Assembly: GCA_010093745.1 (NCBI GenBank)
Contig: MU006051.1
Coordinates: 1-34,156, forward strand
Origin: Piedraia hortae CBS 480.64
Taxonomy: Eukaryota
DNA: 34,156 nucleotides
Reading direction: 5' to 3'
Shown here: piece by piece, positions 10,041 to 22,065 of the stretch
Position numbering within the stretch: the first letter of the stretch is position 1
Layout: each line of letters begins with the position of its first letter
The notes under the pieces: generated by a model
Told to the model about the DNA's origin: nothing
Database searches by the model: none
Seen by the model: only the letters and a program-made list of their open reading frames with translations
Made by a program: the position numbers and the translations under genes

Positions 10041-10352
10041 GTATCCTCAAATCGCAACTTCTGCGTTGATACCATTTCTAGACCTCTGCGGAGCAGTGTC
10101 ATCCGCCCCTGACCATCATCTGTGCTGAGTTAAGCTTAAAGCCTGGTCCGTGGACTAGAGTACATAATGACGCAGGTATGGCATGCAGTTTAATGTCTTC
10201 GCCGCCCCTGACTTCGACTACCCTGGCCAAGGCTAAGAAGCTGGAGCAAGCAAACTGAGAATCTAACGTGTCACAGTCGTAGCACTTGTAGGAAGCGATA
10301 TTGTCCTGCAAGAGATTTCAGTTGCTCGAGCTGCACAAGAAGGCATGAAAAT

Positions 10353-10728
10353 TGTTGGCATGAAGTCTCGTTGCTATCAGTGTATGATGCCACTGCGCGA
10401 CACCCCTTACACCAGCAGCTGCACCCTAGGTTTTGTCCTCACAGAGGTTTCCCTCAGGGTCATGTCGCATGCGACATGGTGAATGCGCCCTGCTACTGTT
10501 ATGAGGTGAGTCATGGAGTAAGACTGCATGCTGACAGTCTTACTGCATGTATGACCACTTGCTTATGGTCATACAATTGATGACTCTTCATACGAGGCTA
10601 CGCACGGGCCTTCCAGCCCAGAATATATTCTCTGATGTTCCCTCGAAGATATACTTGTATTCACTCATAAAACACATCTCTACTTTCCATCCATCGTTCT
10701 CACTCATACATACTATCTGTCTTCGTCA
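10353..10728 (+). mobile_element. Solo LTR, type A2 (376 bp)
   Basis: TG...CA termini; perfect TSD AAAAT (10348-10352, 10729-10733); homologous to 5700-6009. Confidence 0.9.
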
Positions 10729-11594
10729 AAAATCGTTGTCGAGCAGCAGATAAACAAAGGTGACTTATCGCTGTCCCAACTTCTCCAGCTGAATCCTTTC
10801 ATCAGTGTCGGTTACTGTGTGTGCGATGCTGCTGAAGACGCGGCTGAGAAGGAGTAGAAGCACCTAGCCCATGATGCCAGCAATGTCCGTTTCGAAGCCA
10901 TGCACTACTTGCCTGAGCGTGTGCAGAGCCACGACAATTTAGCCTTTGATTGAGTTCCATGGGAAGAGGCCCTCGATCCGTCAGTGCAGCTGAGGTATCA
11001 TTGGACTTGTGCTTCCAGCACGTCGAAAAACAAAGATTTGTGACGCTACCATGCGTAAAAAATCTTGTTGACAGTCAAACATCGGCACCGCGTAAGAAGG
11101 CAAAAGCTTCCGGAAGCGCCATTAGGGTGGGGTGGTACCTACGTAGCAATATTTGTGTACAATTCATCTTTGGCTTCTAGGCGCAGTTTTAAAATACACC
11201 TCTCCATTTTCCATAGCCAGTCGCGATCCACTTTTGCCGCTTAGCTCTCTGCCAATCATGCCCGAAACAAACCCTGCTCCCGGCTTGGCCCTCACTAGCA
11301 TGTCCCAAATTCCTCTTCCGCCGCCCAAACATTATAATTATCGAGCACCATGGGATGGAGAATGCCAAGCCCTCCGATCCGCTGGAAAAAAAATTTCATA
11401 TGTTACACAGCCACAGCTTTCTGCCTTCGGGCCTATAGTTCAAGGTTGCTTTATAGCCATTCAGTCAGTAAAATTACCAAACGCGCAATGCGCCTTTAAT
11501 CCCCTTCATGGCCTTCGCAAGGGCAACAATTCCCCATTCCACTTCTCATTATCAGGCTCCATCGAACAACCTCGGACACGGCAAAACAGCAATA

Positions 11595-11767
11595 CAGACA
11601 AACCTGGTTATAGGGGTCTGGTCCGGTGCGGGAATTCTGTCCGCTATGTCAAGGACCCGCTGTATCCAGGTGCCTAAGGGTGAATGGAGAGAAAATTAAG
11701 AGCCCTGGAAATCCGCTATAGAGAGTAATTCGCTATATCCAGTGTCCGCTATGGCCAGGTTCGACTG
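11595..11767 (+). mobile_element. pogo/Tigger-like (Tc1/mariner superfamily) MITE, 173 bp
   Basis: Imperfect TIRs CAGACAAACCTGGTTATAG / CTATGGCCAGGTTCGACTG; TA on both sides; repeated internal CCGCTAT motifs; second copy at 14401-14547. Confidence 0.85.
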
Positions 11768-13058
11768 TATAAAACTCTGATCCGTCTGCCGGTCCAGGCT
11801 TCGAAATCGTATTTTCTTTTGCCTTCGCCCCCTTGACTTCTGTAGCTCCAAAGCCGATAGCACCGAAAGATACGCAATCGACGTAACTTCAACCGGCACC
11901 TTCAAAAGAAAATCTGGTACCTTTTGCCTTGCCCACCCGTTCGCTAGCCGGATGGACACCCAATCCGTCATGTTTTGGAACCCAGCATACACGACTCTAG
12001 CACGGACGCAGGCGGGCTTGTTCTAGCAATGGCATACGGGCTCCAGGCGTGACAACATAGAGATACTCTCCACATAATGCACTCTAATCGACTCTACGAA
12101 CACCGGTCCAATCTCCAACACCTTCAGTTTCTCCTGGTACCCCGCCATAATTTCCGACAGATCAACCGAGGCTGTCGTAACCATAACATCGATATCACTT
12201 CCACGTTGTGTGCCATGCCGACAGGTATTGGTACTTCGGGCAAAAATTCAAACAGGGCCAAACAGCCTACAAGCAAGCAGGGGTATTTGTGCTAGAACAC
12301 TGTTTGGGTTTGATCAAGTGGGACAAATAATCGCAATGACTAGATTGCAAACCCTAACTTTACTAAGGTGTGTTGTGGATGGAATAAAAGAACAAACAAA
12401 GAAATTCCATGTGAGCATGTTAGCGACATCATAGGTCTCGGAGGTGCGGATGCCCTCTAAAAATCCCTCCTCAGAGAAAATATCTGCTGTGATGTTAAAA
12501 CCCTGGGAAACCCAATGCCCTATCTTCCTACGGCAGGCGTCTGACAGTAACATTATACCATTTAATCAATGGTCCACTGAACAGTAGTACCCAAAATGAG
12601 ACAGTGCATATCGTGGAAACTTGCACATAAGGTCTTTACAACTAGGCCCGTTTGAGCTTAGCGTCATGGAGGCTTTTCTCGGGTAAAGATAGGGAGGGAC
12701 CCACCAGTCTGCCATTCATTAACACGATTTTTACCCGAATAAGTTGATTGCTCGCCCAGATGGGCTTAGTCTCATTAAAATCATGTGCGAATCTCTACTG
12801 TATATGAATATGGAGTACTAGAACCTCGATAAAGGCTTTCGACGTTTGAAATAGACACGTAAAGTCGAACATGGCCGCTTTCTAACGTTTATTAATACTG
12901 AGTTGTACTGACGCTGCTGATATGCGCAGAACGCCACACACGATGTCCCATCCCCTTGATTCACACGCAGAAACACGAAGTTTCTTACATAACGGGCCGT
13001 GCCGGTCGCACATCCCCTGTAACGATTGCTGTGCTGTACGCAAACGTCTTTGCGTACA

Positions 13059-13534
13059 ATGTCGGCGCCAGTTGGGAACCAGGAAGTTCCAGACCTCTAC
13101 CGCCATACTTCGTAGGTTTCAGGCGCCGGTGGAATGACGTATCATGCTCACACAGGTTTCAGAATCGGAATGGCGCTGGCCGAGGCGCTGGACGAAATGA
13201 TCACCTCACGCCGGATCGAACCGTTGCTGGCCATGCGGCTCATGGAAAAATTTGACCAGTGTATGTCGTCCGTTTTGAGTCAGCAAGTGAGGAACAAGAT
13301 GTCCTTCAAGGTAAATATCAATCCCGTATAAGCAAGGAGATTAGCAGGATTGATGAATCCACACAGGGGAAGATTGACCGCTATCGCTTCGTTGATGACG
13401 TCTGGACCATCATTCTCAATGATGTCAGCCTCAATGTCGCCGATGCTGGAATCAGGACAGATAGCTCGCCGGATATCACAGTGGCAAGGATCAAGATCGT
13501 CGCCATTCGGTCCAAGGAAGCTCGTAATTCTTAG
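13059..13534 (+). CDS. TOA2: Transcription initiation factor IIA small (gamma) subunit (122 aa, 3 exons)
   Basis: Exons 13059-13111, 13163-13310 and 13367-13534 give DLYRHTSIGMALAEALDEMI...FKGKIDRYRFVDDVWT...IKIVA. Confidence 0.93.
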
Positions 13535-14049
13535 AATTTTCTGAACTGATCTCCAGTATGTCATCTTAGGCGTCTGTATGTCTCCGACCCAGGTTTCCTG
13601 ATCTCTCTTCTCCTTCATAATCATCCGTACTATCTTCCCTCATTACCGTCACCTCTATGATGTGTTCAGCCGCGTCCCTATTCACTGCCTTGACCCGCTT
13701 TTCTGCCCAGTTGATAGCCTTGAGGCCACCTTCTTCGTTCCGAACACATGCACGACAGTGCACACTCATGTCTTATCCATGGGCGGACACAAGTGGTTCA
13801 CAAACGTTAGCGCCGTTCATAGGAAGAGGTATAATTCCCTTGTACAACGAGCACCCATACGTCCAAGACGAGTTCACTGTGTGTGTCGCTCAGAACCCAG
13901 CTTTAGCGGAGGATGTTCGTGTCAACATCGCACGAGCAGAACAAAATGTAGCTCAATAAGTTTTCATCAATTTCGCAGAAGGCCTCACGGTTGGACGTAC
14001 CAATGAACAATGGGGTATAACGAGGAAGAGTACTTGGACTATCGATAGA

Positions 14050-14400
14050 TGTAGCAATACGACTCTCGTGGATGGGGGTGCGCAGCGGCCCTAACTAGGA
14101 GGACGTAGCAATAGACGGAGATCAACAACAGGGATAGGAAAGATGCAGGTGGGTAGGAGTCATTAACAGTGTCGGTATTACAGCGTGAATGACTATGTGT
14201 GTGTCTGTCTCAGAATAAGTATTTTGCACCGGTGGGCCGGTAACGTCACGTCGTACACTAGCAGGGCGCATGCGCCATGTCTCATATGACATGACCCTAA
14301 GAGAAAACCTGTGTGAGGGGAAAACCTAGGGTGCAGCTGGCAGTGTAGGAGGTATCGCTGACTTGCTATGCCCCGCTAGCGGCGATGCTTGAATCCAACA
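14050..14400 (-). mobile_element. Solo LTR, type A1 (diverged)
   Basis: Reverse complement TGTTGGATTCAAGC...GCTACA; small internal deletion; no TSD. Confidence 0.85.
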
Positions 14401-14547
14401 CTGTATACAGCGGATTCCTCTTTATAGCGATTTCCAGCACCCCCGATTTTGTCTCCCCTCCCCTGTAGGTGCCTCGATACAGCGGATCTTTGACATAGCG
14501 GACAGAAATCCCGCGTCAGACCGATCCGCTATGACCAGGTTTGACTA
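14401..14547 (-). mobile_element. Truncated second copy of the pogo/Tigger-like MITE
   Basis: Reverse complement aligns with 11595-11742; one TIR plus TA is retained, and the other end is lost at the LTR junction. Confidence 0.8.
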
Positions 14548-15148
14548 TACTGTTCTGTGGACCATCGATTATCTGATCAAGTGGACTGGTTTTACTATAT
14601 CATATCTTGCGGGCAGAGGCTAGGCTACACATAGAGAGCATCAAACATTTGCGAGGTTTCAATCCGATTGTTAATTGGGCGATAAAGTGGGGACCAAATT
14701 CAGGCTCAACTGCTGCCAAACTAGCGTGATTCTATTCTACCCCATACAATATCACTATATAGTTAAGTTCAAGACCGGAAATTCCATGAATTGTGGTTTT
14801 TTTGCAGGAAATAAAACACTGTCAATTTCCCCCAATCCAATTTGATGAACCTTAATGACCAAGCAATACGTCCCCACAACTCTTTTCTCTCTCAGCGGAC
14901 TGAAGTTCCGATCGACATGCATGTTAGATGCGCAAATGCCCAAAAGACCTCCTCTTTCAAGTGCCACAAGATGAGCCCCACAATGCAGTAGACTGATTGA
15001 TGATGCAGTTTCCCGGTAGCGCCTATACCTCTACAGCGACCTATCCTTACATGGATATACAGTATGTATCCTTTCCCTCATGCATATCATACAGCGCCAG
15101 ATGCGGCTAATCAACTCGTAAAGAACATGATTACGCTTTATCTACACA

Positions 15149-16246
15149 TTACTCTCCCTCGACCTCTTTACTCCTCTTCGCCAGAAACTCGGCAAGAACC
15201 TTGAGCGGTTTCTCTGGCTCGTACATGGCGAGATACTTCATGCCCTCAAGCAGGTGTGGCGTCACATTATTGTTGATGTACTGTCGCGTAGGACCACCGT
15301 GTGCTGCTGGCTTTGATGGGTACTTTGTCTGCGACCCTGGTGAAATCTGTGGGGTCTGCGAGGCCTGCGGTGCCTGGGACGGCGATGGAGCCGGTGGAGC
15401 CGAGGGAGTTCGCGAGGGCGGAGTCGGACGCGGGGCCAGCTGCTGATATTGCGGCTGGGCAACGGGAGGTGGAGCCTGTGGAGGCGGCATGGAGTTCTGG
15501 GGCGGGGGATGATAGACGGGTGTAGTGGCTCGGGCGGACTGAGGATAGACGGCCGAGGGTGCCGCAGTTGTCGGTTGAAGAACTCCGAACGTTCCGCCTG
15601 ATGTACCGCCCTGAGGCATGCTAGGCGCTGTTGCGGTTGTAGTGGGAAGGGCAGTAGTTGTGCCGGCAGAAGACATTATGGCATGCACCGTCATCGGAGC
15701 TGTTCCCGTAGACGCGTAGAGCGTGCCTCCGTGGTTGGTGGACGGTGAGGAAGCATTCGGTGATATGACTGGGCCTCCTGCAGTAGACACCGGGGAAGGA
15801 CTATGGAAATTTCCCGGGGTCGACATGGCGGGAGAGGCGGCAAAGGTGTTGCTCGGCGTGCGGGTAAATGTGTTGTAATTCGGGTGATATGTGTTGTTGC
15901 CGGCCATCTGGGAAGGATGTGCATTCCACAAGGGCGCTGGCGAAGGGGGAATTGATTCCGCCGTCACCGGGGCTACGCCCGCGCGATTCTGCTGGTCTGA
16001 TCCGCCAGGTAGCGTGTCAAGGATCGAGTCTATCGAAGCACGGTGGTCTGCAGTTGCTACCGGGTTCATATAAACAGCAGGTTGGCCTGTAATGACGTTG
16101 CCTATAGGCGGATATCCGTTGCCTGTGGGCGACAGCTGGTTGGCGTCTGCCGCCTGAGGGAAACGAGGCTTCGGAAAATTAGTCACCAAACTGACCATTC
16201 ACTGTTTAGATACCTCCTGTATGACAGCGTCGCCATTAATTTCCAT
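15149..16246 (-). CDS. SDC1: COMPASS subunit Dpy-30/Sdc1 with long Pro/Ser/Thr/Ala-rich N-terminus (about 345 aa, 2 exons)
   Basis: C-terminal Dpy-30 motif GGPTRQYINNNVTPHLLEGMK...P..PL..LAEFL. Likely first exon 16246-16214 (MEINGDAVIQE) and intron 16213-16154 (GTATCT...CTAAT...CAG). Confidence 0.88.
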
Positions 16247-17704
16247 CCTATCTGTCCTGAACTTGGGCGCAAAGCGACCGGATGATTGTTGTCGTCGAGC
16301 GGGTCTTCCCGACGCTGATTTCTCCGAGTTAATCAGAATTGTTGATACTTGCGCTACAGACACCTTCGCATGAAGCTAAGTCCATTCGGGCCTAGTGTTT
16401 CGGACTGTGGGTTGGAAGCGACATTGAAGAGGGCTCTTGATCATAGGCCAGCTCAGTCACAAGCTCATCCAACAATCCAAGTAAAGCAGTCGAAAAGACT
16501 CACCCTAACACTCATTTGGTATCAGGTGGCCCTCCGACATGACTGAGCATTGCCTTGATGCACCGGTGGAACATCTAGAACAATTCGAAAACAAGAAGAA
16601 TAAGTGATTGGGTGGACAGGCCGTCAATGAAAATTTGTAAAAGGTCCCTAAGCTGCCTTACAAGCTATTAGAGTTGTCTGACGGTCAGAAAACATCCGTT
16701 GGCACAAGCTGAATGACAGCGAAGCAGAAGGAGTGTCAACTTTGGAATAAAGTCATCGCAAAAGGCGAAGCTATCTGGTACTCACATATCACGATGCCGG
16801 TTCTTTTCGGCTGCTGCAATCTCTGCAGTCAAATGGTTTATCGGTTTTCGGCATCTCTTTATTCTTCAAGCGCATCTCTTTCATCCTCAAATCGTGCCTC
16901 TCCCTTTCCAATTTTGCCTGGGCTTCATAATGGGCGTCGATCTTCTCTGTGCTGCATTTGTCTCTTCCAGTTTATCGGCCCACTCTGACAGTTTTTGTAG
17001 CTTTTCTCCAGGGACTCGAGTCACTTTTTGTGAGGCTCGTTCTTGTGGGTAGACAAAGCCTTCAAACCTCCAGCTCGGTGCGCAGAGCTTCAGGGCTGGT
17101 TGACTGGTGTACAAGTTTGCTCGTATGATAGGTTGTATGGCGGTCTTTCACATGAACTGTTCCGATCAATCGCTGATTGGCGGATATAAATAACCCCTCG
17201 CTGCATGCCCATTTCGCATGAACCGTTGTTGTTGCACGAAATTGTGCATCGCCACACCTGTCCATACTGCGCAATACTTTAGGAGAGGCATTAAACAGTT
17301 CTTGTTGACACACAAAACACCCTACAGGATCCATGATGATCATTAACGTGGAGCAGCTTTGTGGCATCTGACCTACCAGAGCGGACGGGCATCATTCCGC
17401 ACATCTCGCCAACGATCATCACCGATGCGGGGTTGGCAGGATCAACAATCATGATTGAATACCAAGTCGAGAGCCAAGAACATAGATATCCTACCAGAGC
17501 CTGAACAGCACTGTAAACTACAGCATTAATACTCCCTTTAGCTTGCCATTTGACAGTTTTCCGCGTTCGTCTCTTTATCGCATCCGAGCCTCGGCATTTC
17601 ACGAACCTAATCGCCACCACCAAGGTGCACTTCCATCACCGCGCACGGCCTGCACGCACTGCGCCCAGAGCCTGATGCAAAGGGGATAATAATATTCAAA
17701 GAAG

Positions 17705-18898
17705 ATGGCATCGCCGCCCAAGCCTTGGGAGCGGGCGCGCACCACCAATTCGGCGCTGCCTTCTAGCACAACAACAATGACAAGCAGCGCCGCCACGCCG
17801 GCAGCAGCTACAACAGCAACGACGGGGACGACGACCGAGTCATCCGCAACACCTGCGCTGCCCTCGCGACCAGACTCGCTTAATGCGCTGGCAGCGCGCA
17901 CAGCGTCCAACTACTCCTCTCCACTGAGCCGCACCGGGGCTTACGGCTCTCCGTACGGAGGCCTCGGTGGCGGCATGTACAACCGCTTTGGCGGAGGCAT
18001 GTACGGCGGCGGGTACGGCGGAGTAGGGGCGTTTGGGAGCGGCTATGGCGGCATGTACGGCCAAGGCCTATATGGCCAGGGAATGTACGGCGGCGGGCCG
18101 TTTGGCCAGCAGGACCAGAGCCTGTCACAGACGATGAGCATGAGCACACAGGCAACGTTTCAGATGATTGAGAGCATCGTAGGCGCCTTTGGCGGCTTCG
18201 CGCAGATGCTGGAGAGCACGTACATGGCGACGCACTCGTCATTCTTCGCAATGGTCAGCGTTGCCGAGCAGCTGGGTAATCTAAGGCAAACGCTGGGCTC
18301 GATCCTGGGCATATATGCTCTCATCCGCTGGATCCGAACAGGATTTGCGCGTTTAACAGGTCGGCCGCTCCCGGCTTCCAGCAAGGAGCTAACGCCTGCA
18401 AACTTTGCGTCCTTTAGCGGTGGTGGTGCTGTGGCTGCCAGCACACAGCCCAAGCCAAGTCGAAAGCCGTTTTTCTTCTTTCTCGCCGCAATCGTTGGAC
18501 TACCCTATCTCATGGGCAAGCTTATCAGGTCTCTGGCCGCTAATGAAGCTGTGCGGCAGCAGCAGCAGATGGAGGCGCCTCTTGATCCATCCAAGTTAGA
18601 CTTTTGTCGAGTCTTGTACGACTACGAGCCTCCAGCAGGTAGCTCGACCGAAGGCATCGATATGCCGGTCAAGAAGGGTGATCTCGTCGCTGTGTTGTCC
18701 AAACTCGATCCAATGGGCAAGCAGAGCGACTGGTGGCGATGCAGGGCACGGGATGGGAGAATGGGCTATCTCCCATCTCCTTATCTCGAGACGATCAGGA
18801 GTGGGCAGCAGGGCCAAATTGCTGCTGCTCCAGCCAAAGAAGATGTCAAGGAAACGGACAGCGGGGCTCAATTTCAAAAGGGAATGTTTTATTCATAG
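17705..18898 (+). CDS. PEX13: Peroxisomal docking protein Peroxin-13
   Basis: N-terminal PPKPWE, YG-rich region, STQATFQMIESIVGAFGGFAQMLESTYMATHSSFFAM, transmembrane segment and C-terminal SH3 domain. Confidence 0.97.
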   Translation: MASPPKPWERARTTNSALPSSTTTMTSSAATPAAATTATTGTTTESSATPALPSRPDSLNALAARTASNYSSPLSRTGAYGSPYGGLGGGMYNRFGGGMYGGGYGGVGAFGSGYGGMYGQGLYGQGMYGGGPFGQQDQSLSQTMSMSTQATFQMIESIVGAFGGFAQMLESTYMATHSSFFAMVSVAEQLGNLRQTLGSILGIYALIRWIRTGFARLTGRPLPASSKELTPANFASFSGGGAVAASTQPKPSRKPFFFFLAAIVGLPYLMGKLIRSLAANEAVRQQQQMEAPLDPSKLDFCRVLYDYEPPAGSSTEGIDMPVKKGDLVAVLSKLDPMGKQSDWWRCRARDGRMGYLPSPYLETIRSGQQGQIAAAPAKEDVKETDSGAQFQKGMFYS

Positions 18899-19087
18899 CT
18901 AATTGCGCTGGGTTTGGGCGCGTTACGGTTGCTTTCATGTCTAGGCTGCATTGATCGGTATTCCACGATTATATACAACTCAGAAAGACTTTCACCTAAT
19001 GGATGTGTGTTGGCATGACAAAACTTGATACATATGATGAATACAGCTAAGAAAAGGCTTTTGCATTGGTGGGCCTTGGCATGAAGT

Positions 19088-20497
19088 TTACCCACCGAGC
19101 TTAAACAACGAAACAAATTCACTCTGCACCAGAGTCTCGGAGCACATGGACTCGATCTTGTCAAAGTCAATGGCATCACCAAAGTCGGTGTTGTCATCAA
19201 GCACCCTGAGATGAATGTTATCATTATAGAGGATGGCAGCAGCTTTGATTGAGGCATTGACGGGCCGCTCAAAGTAGTCGCTGTCGCCGCCAGCCACATT
19301 ACCGTGTAATGTGCTCTTCATGCGGTTATCGCCTGCGGAGAGCACCTCAAACATGTCGAACTCACCACAGCCGCTCTGCCAGCACGAGCACTGCTCGTTG
19401 CCGTACTGCAGTGTGCGGGGAATCAGCGCGTTCAGCATCCAAATGGCCGGCATGTCGACGGGGTCGTATTCAGACGCTGCGGTGCTGCCTGTCTCGTGGG
19501 GCATCTGGAACTCAAAGAAGAACGCCTTCGCGGCGCCATCGAAGCCATGATGCGCTACATCCTTGATGCCGTCGCGATAGTAGCCACATGCGCCATCATT
19601 GCCGCCGCAGTGGTCATCGCTCATGATGATAACCTCGGCGCTGGACGGCAGCACAACATCAGCCAGAACCTGACGGTCCGCCGACCCCTTGGTGCCGTCG
19701 CTGCTCGCAAACGAGAGTGAGTTTCCGTACGTCATGTCGAACGTTCCGGAGCCGCATCCCCCGAAATGGTTTAGGAAGACCAGGCCCTCGCTCGTACCGG
19801 ACGCAGCGTTGTAGTACGCGCCACGCGTCCACGCCTGGCCATTGCTGCTGCTGCTGTCCCTGCTGCCCGACGACGGAGATGTCTGAGGCGAGGCTAATGT
19901 GTGCGATGACGATGCCTGGCTTGTCTGAGACGCTGCAGCTTGTGTCTGGACACTGCTAGAGGAAGTCGCAGTCGAAGGCCCACCATACTGATTTCTCCAA
20001 GACACGACCTGGCCGTTGATTGTGGCTGTGACCATAGCCCCGACTTGCCTGACCACATGCCTATGAAGTTGACCTCGCCGTCCATGAACATGAAGATGAC
20101 CGAGATCATCTTCGTTCCTCTTCGATTTTGCAGTTCCCGGCGCGTAAAAGGCAAACTGCTTCAAATGCAGCGGCCCGCGGAAGTGCAATGAAACCTCCTG
20201 ATCCAGCGGAGCAACATTGCCGGAGTAGCCCATTGGCGAGTGCGCGCAGTGTCCATCACTTCCCATATTGGTGATTCGGTTATATTGGCCTTTGCCGCCG
20301 ACATTGGTATATGTCACTGCTTGCACCTTTTGGCAGTACCCTGAAGTTTATGTTAGTGGGTGAAAACTTTGTCTCGCCAAGGCCTTACAGTTGCCTCCGT
20401 CGTCGACGCTGCCGTCGGAGCATAGATCCCGCTTGTTTGCGCCTGCCGCCGTCGTCCACAGCAGAACGGCCGTGGCTGTTGCGAGGAAAGATTTCAT
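19088..20497 (-). CDS. TOS1: TOS1/PGA52-like secreted cell-wall protein (DUF2403+DUF2401; putative circularly permuted glucanase), about 453 aa
   Basis: Signal-peptide exon 20497-20389 and intron 20388-20341. Motifs GNWYC, SLHFRGPLHLKQFAFY, DMPAIWMLNALIPRTLQYG and CSCWQSGCGEFD. Confidence 0.9.
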
Positions 20498-21177
20498 TTG
20501 GGATTTGAAAAAGAACGACTTTGGTTAGTTTTGTGTTTGTTTCACTGAAGAGCTGCTCTTCCTGCGTCCGCGTTTTGAGGTGTATTCTTGTTCAGGTGAA
20601 GTCACCTGGAATGAGACGGTCTTGTTGATTGCTGGCAAATTGCCAAAGCACGCGCTCACCAATGAAATGAGAGGTCCTCGCAAGGGGCGCTCATAGGCTC
20701 CTCTTTTTAAGCCGCCCGCAACACGAGCTCCTACTGCAGGCACTGTGCATGGGTGCAGGCACAACACGCGTTTTGCATAATATATGGATAGTGCAGGTAG
20801 GGACGTCTATGAGCGTCTCCAACCACCCGTTTACTACTCAGAAGGTTTGGTAGCGGCCGTTGGTCGGCAACCTGTCATTCCTCTCGCCTGATCACAGGTC
20901 TCGAACATCTCGTTCGCGCTGCTTACAAGGAACAGGGTACGCATGGTGGCGCACCATGCGATAATCGCCCATGCGGTGCCTGCGTCTATGGCGTTTGTCC
21001 CCCCCTGCGATGACAAATTTTACCCCGACAACCCCCGAAAGTCTCCGGTCAACCTGGTTGGTGTTTCTAGTCGACGTGCCGGATGCAATCAGCTCTGCTA
21101 GTCATTGACATTTGACAGCTTGGCATCGATTTATCTCCCGGATTAACGCTATATTCAATGCAGCTATATGCATGAAA

Positions 21178-22065
21178 TCAGACATCCCACCCGTCATCGG
21201 AGTCGTGATAATCTCCATCTCCATTCTCCGAGTTCAAGGCAAACTCGTCTTCTCCCTCTTCTACGAGAACTTCTTCTTCCAGTTCTGCAGCCCGCGCTTT
21301 TGTGCGTTGATAGATGATATACCCGACCGTAGTGCCCATAACCAACCCAATTACAACACCCGCATAGCTCACCCCCCTTGATTTCCAATCCATTTTCTCC
21401 CCCTTCTCTCCCAGATCGCCCAATCTCCCCCCAACAAACGTATAAATTAACAATCTCGGCGTTGACATAGCCGTCGCGAGTGCAAAATTCCACCACGTAA
21501 CCGTCGGGATGGTACTTATCGCCCCATTTCCCAAGCTATACGGTAGCGGACACAGTCTAATCATCGTCAAAAGCTTCAACCCATCATGTTTCAACACAAG
21601 ACTCAGGGCCGCGAAGCGTCTGTTCTCCTCCGTCCACCTTCTCACCACAGGCTTCAGCACCGTTCGACTTGCCGCAAATGCACACGTAGACCCCACAACA
21701 GTAGCCGTAGCGACAATCGCCCACCCCTTCAAAAACCCAAACACGAATCCCGCAGTCGTAATACATGTCGAGTACCCTATCAGCGGCGGGAATGAAACCG
21801 TAAAGACCATAGCCCAGAGAATCGCCCATCCGCCGGGTAACTCCCTCCACCGCTTCGCCCACGGAGCTAGCCAGTGGAAGATTCGCTCGTTGTATACTAG
21901 TCCCAATATTCCCAGAATGAGAGCTGTGGCGACTGCCGCCGAGGCGCCGATTCGTTGGAGGGTGGTCATCCGCTCCCAGATGGTGACGCCTTTCCAGTAC
22001 ATTCGTGCAATGCTCTCGCACCAGTCGGATTCCATGTCGACCATGCCCTCGCGCTGTCGTGCCAT
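21178..22065 (-). CDS. TVP38: Golgi membrane protein TVP38 (VTT/SNARE-associated domain)
   Basis: SFPPLIGYS, GFVFG...GW, GLKLLTMIRLCPLPYS and an acidic tail. The start is uncertain (alternative in-frame ATG at 22233). Confidence 0.9.
   Translation of the reverse strand: MARQREGMVDMESDWCESIARMYWKGVTIWERMTTLQRIGASAAVATALILGILGLVYNERIFHWLAPWAKRWRELPGGWAILWAMVFTVSFPPLIGYSTCITTAGFVFGFLKGWAIVATATVVGSTCAFAASRTVLKPVVRRWTEENRRFAALSLVLKHDGLKLLTMIRLCPLPYSLGNGAISTIPTVTWWNFALATAMSTPRLLIYTFVGGRLGDLGEKGEKMDWKSRGVSYAGVVIGLVMGTTVGYIIYQRTKARAAELEEEVLVEEGEDEFALNSENGDGDYHDSDDGWDV

Noticed and set aside
9841..10753. Similar short ORFs recurring here and at 5776, 24169 and 27880
   Set aside because: They are translations of LTR sequence, not a peptide family.
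13566..14006. Short ORFs downstream of TOA2
   Set aside because: No recognisable motifs, and stops in all frames.
15071..15120. Loose inverted similarity to the 5' coding region of SDC1
   Set aside because: Short and gapped; consistent with chance.
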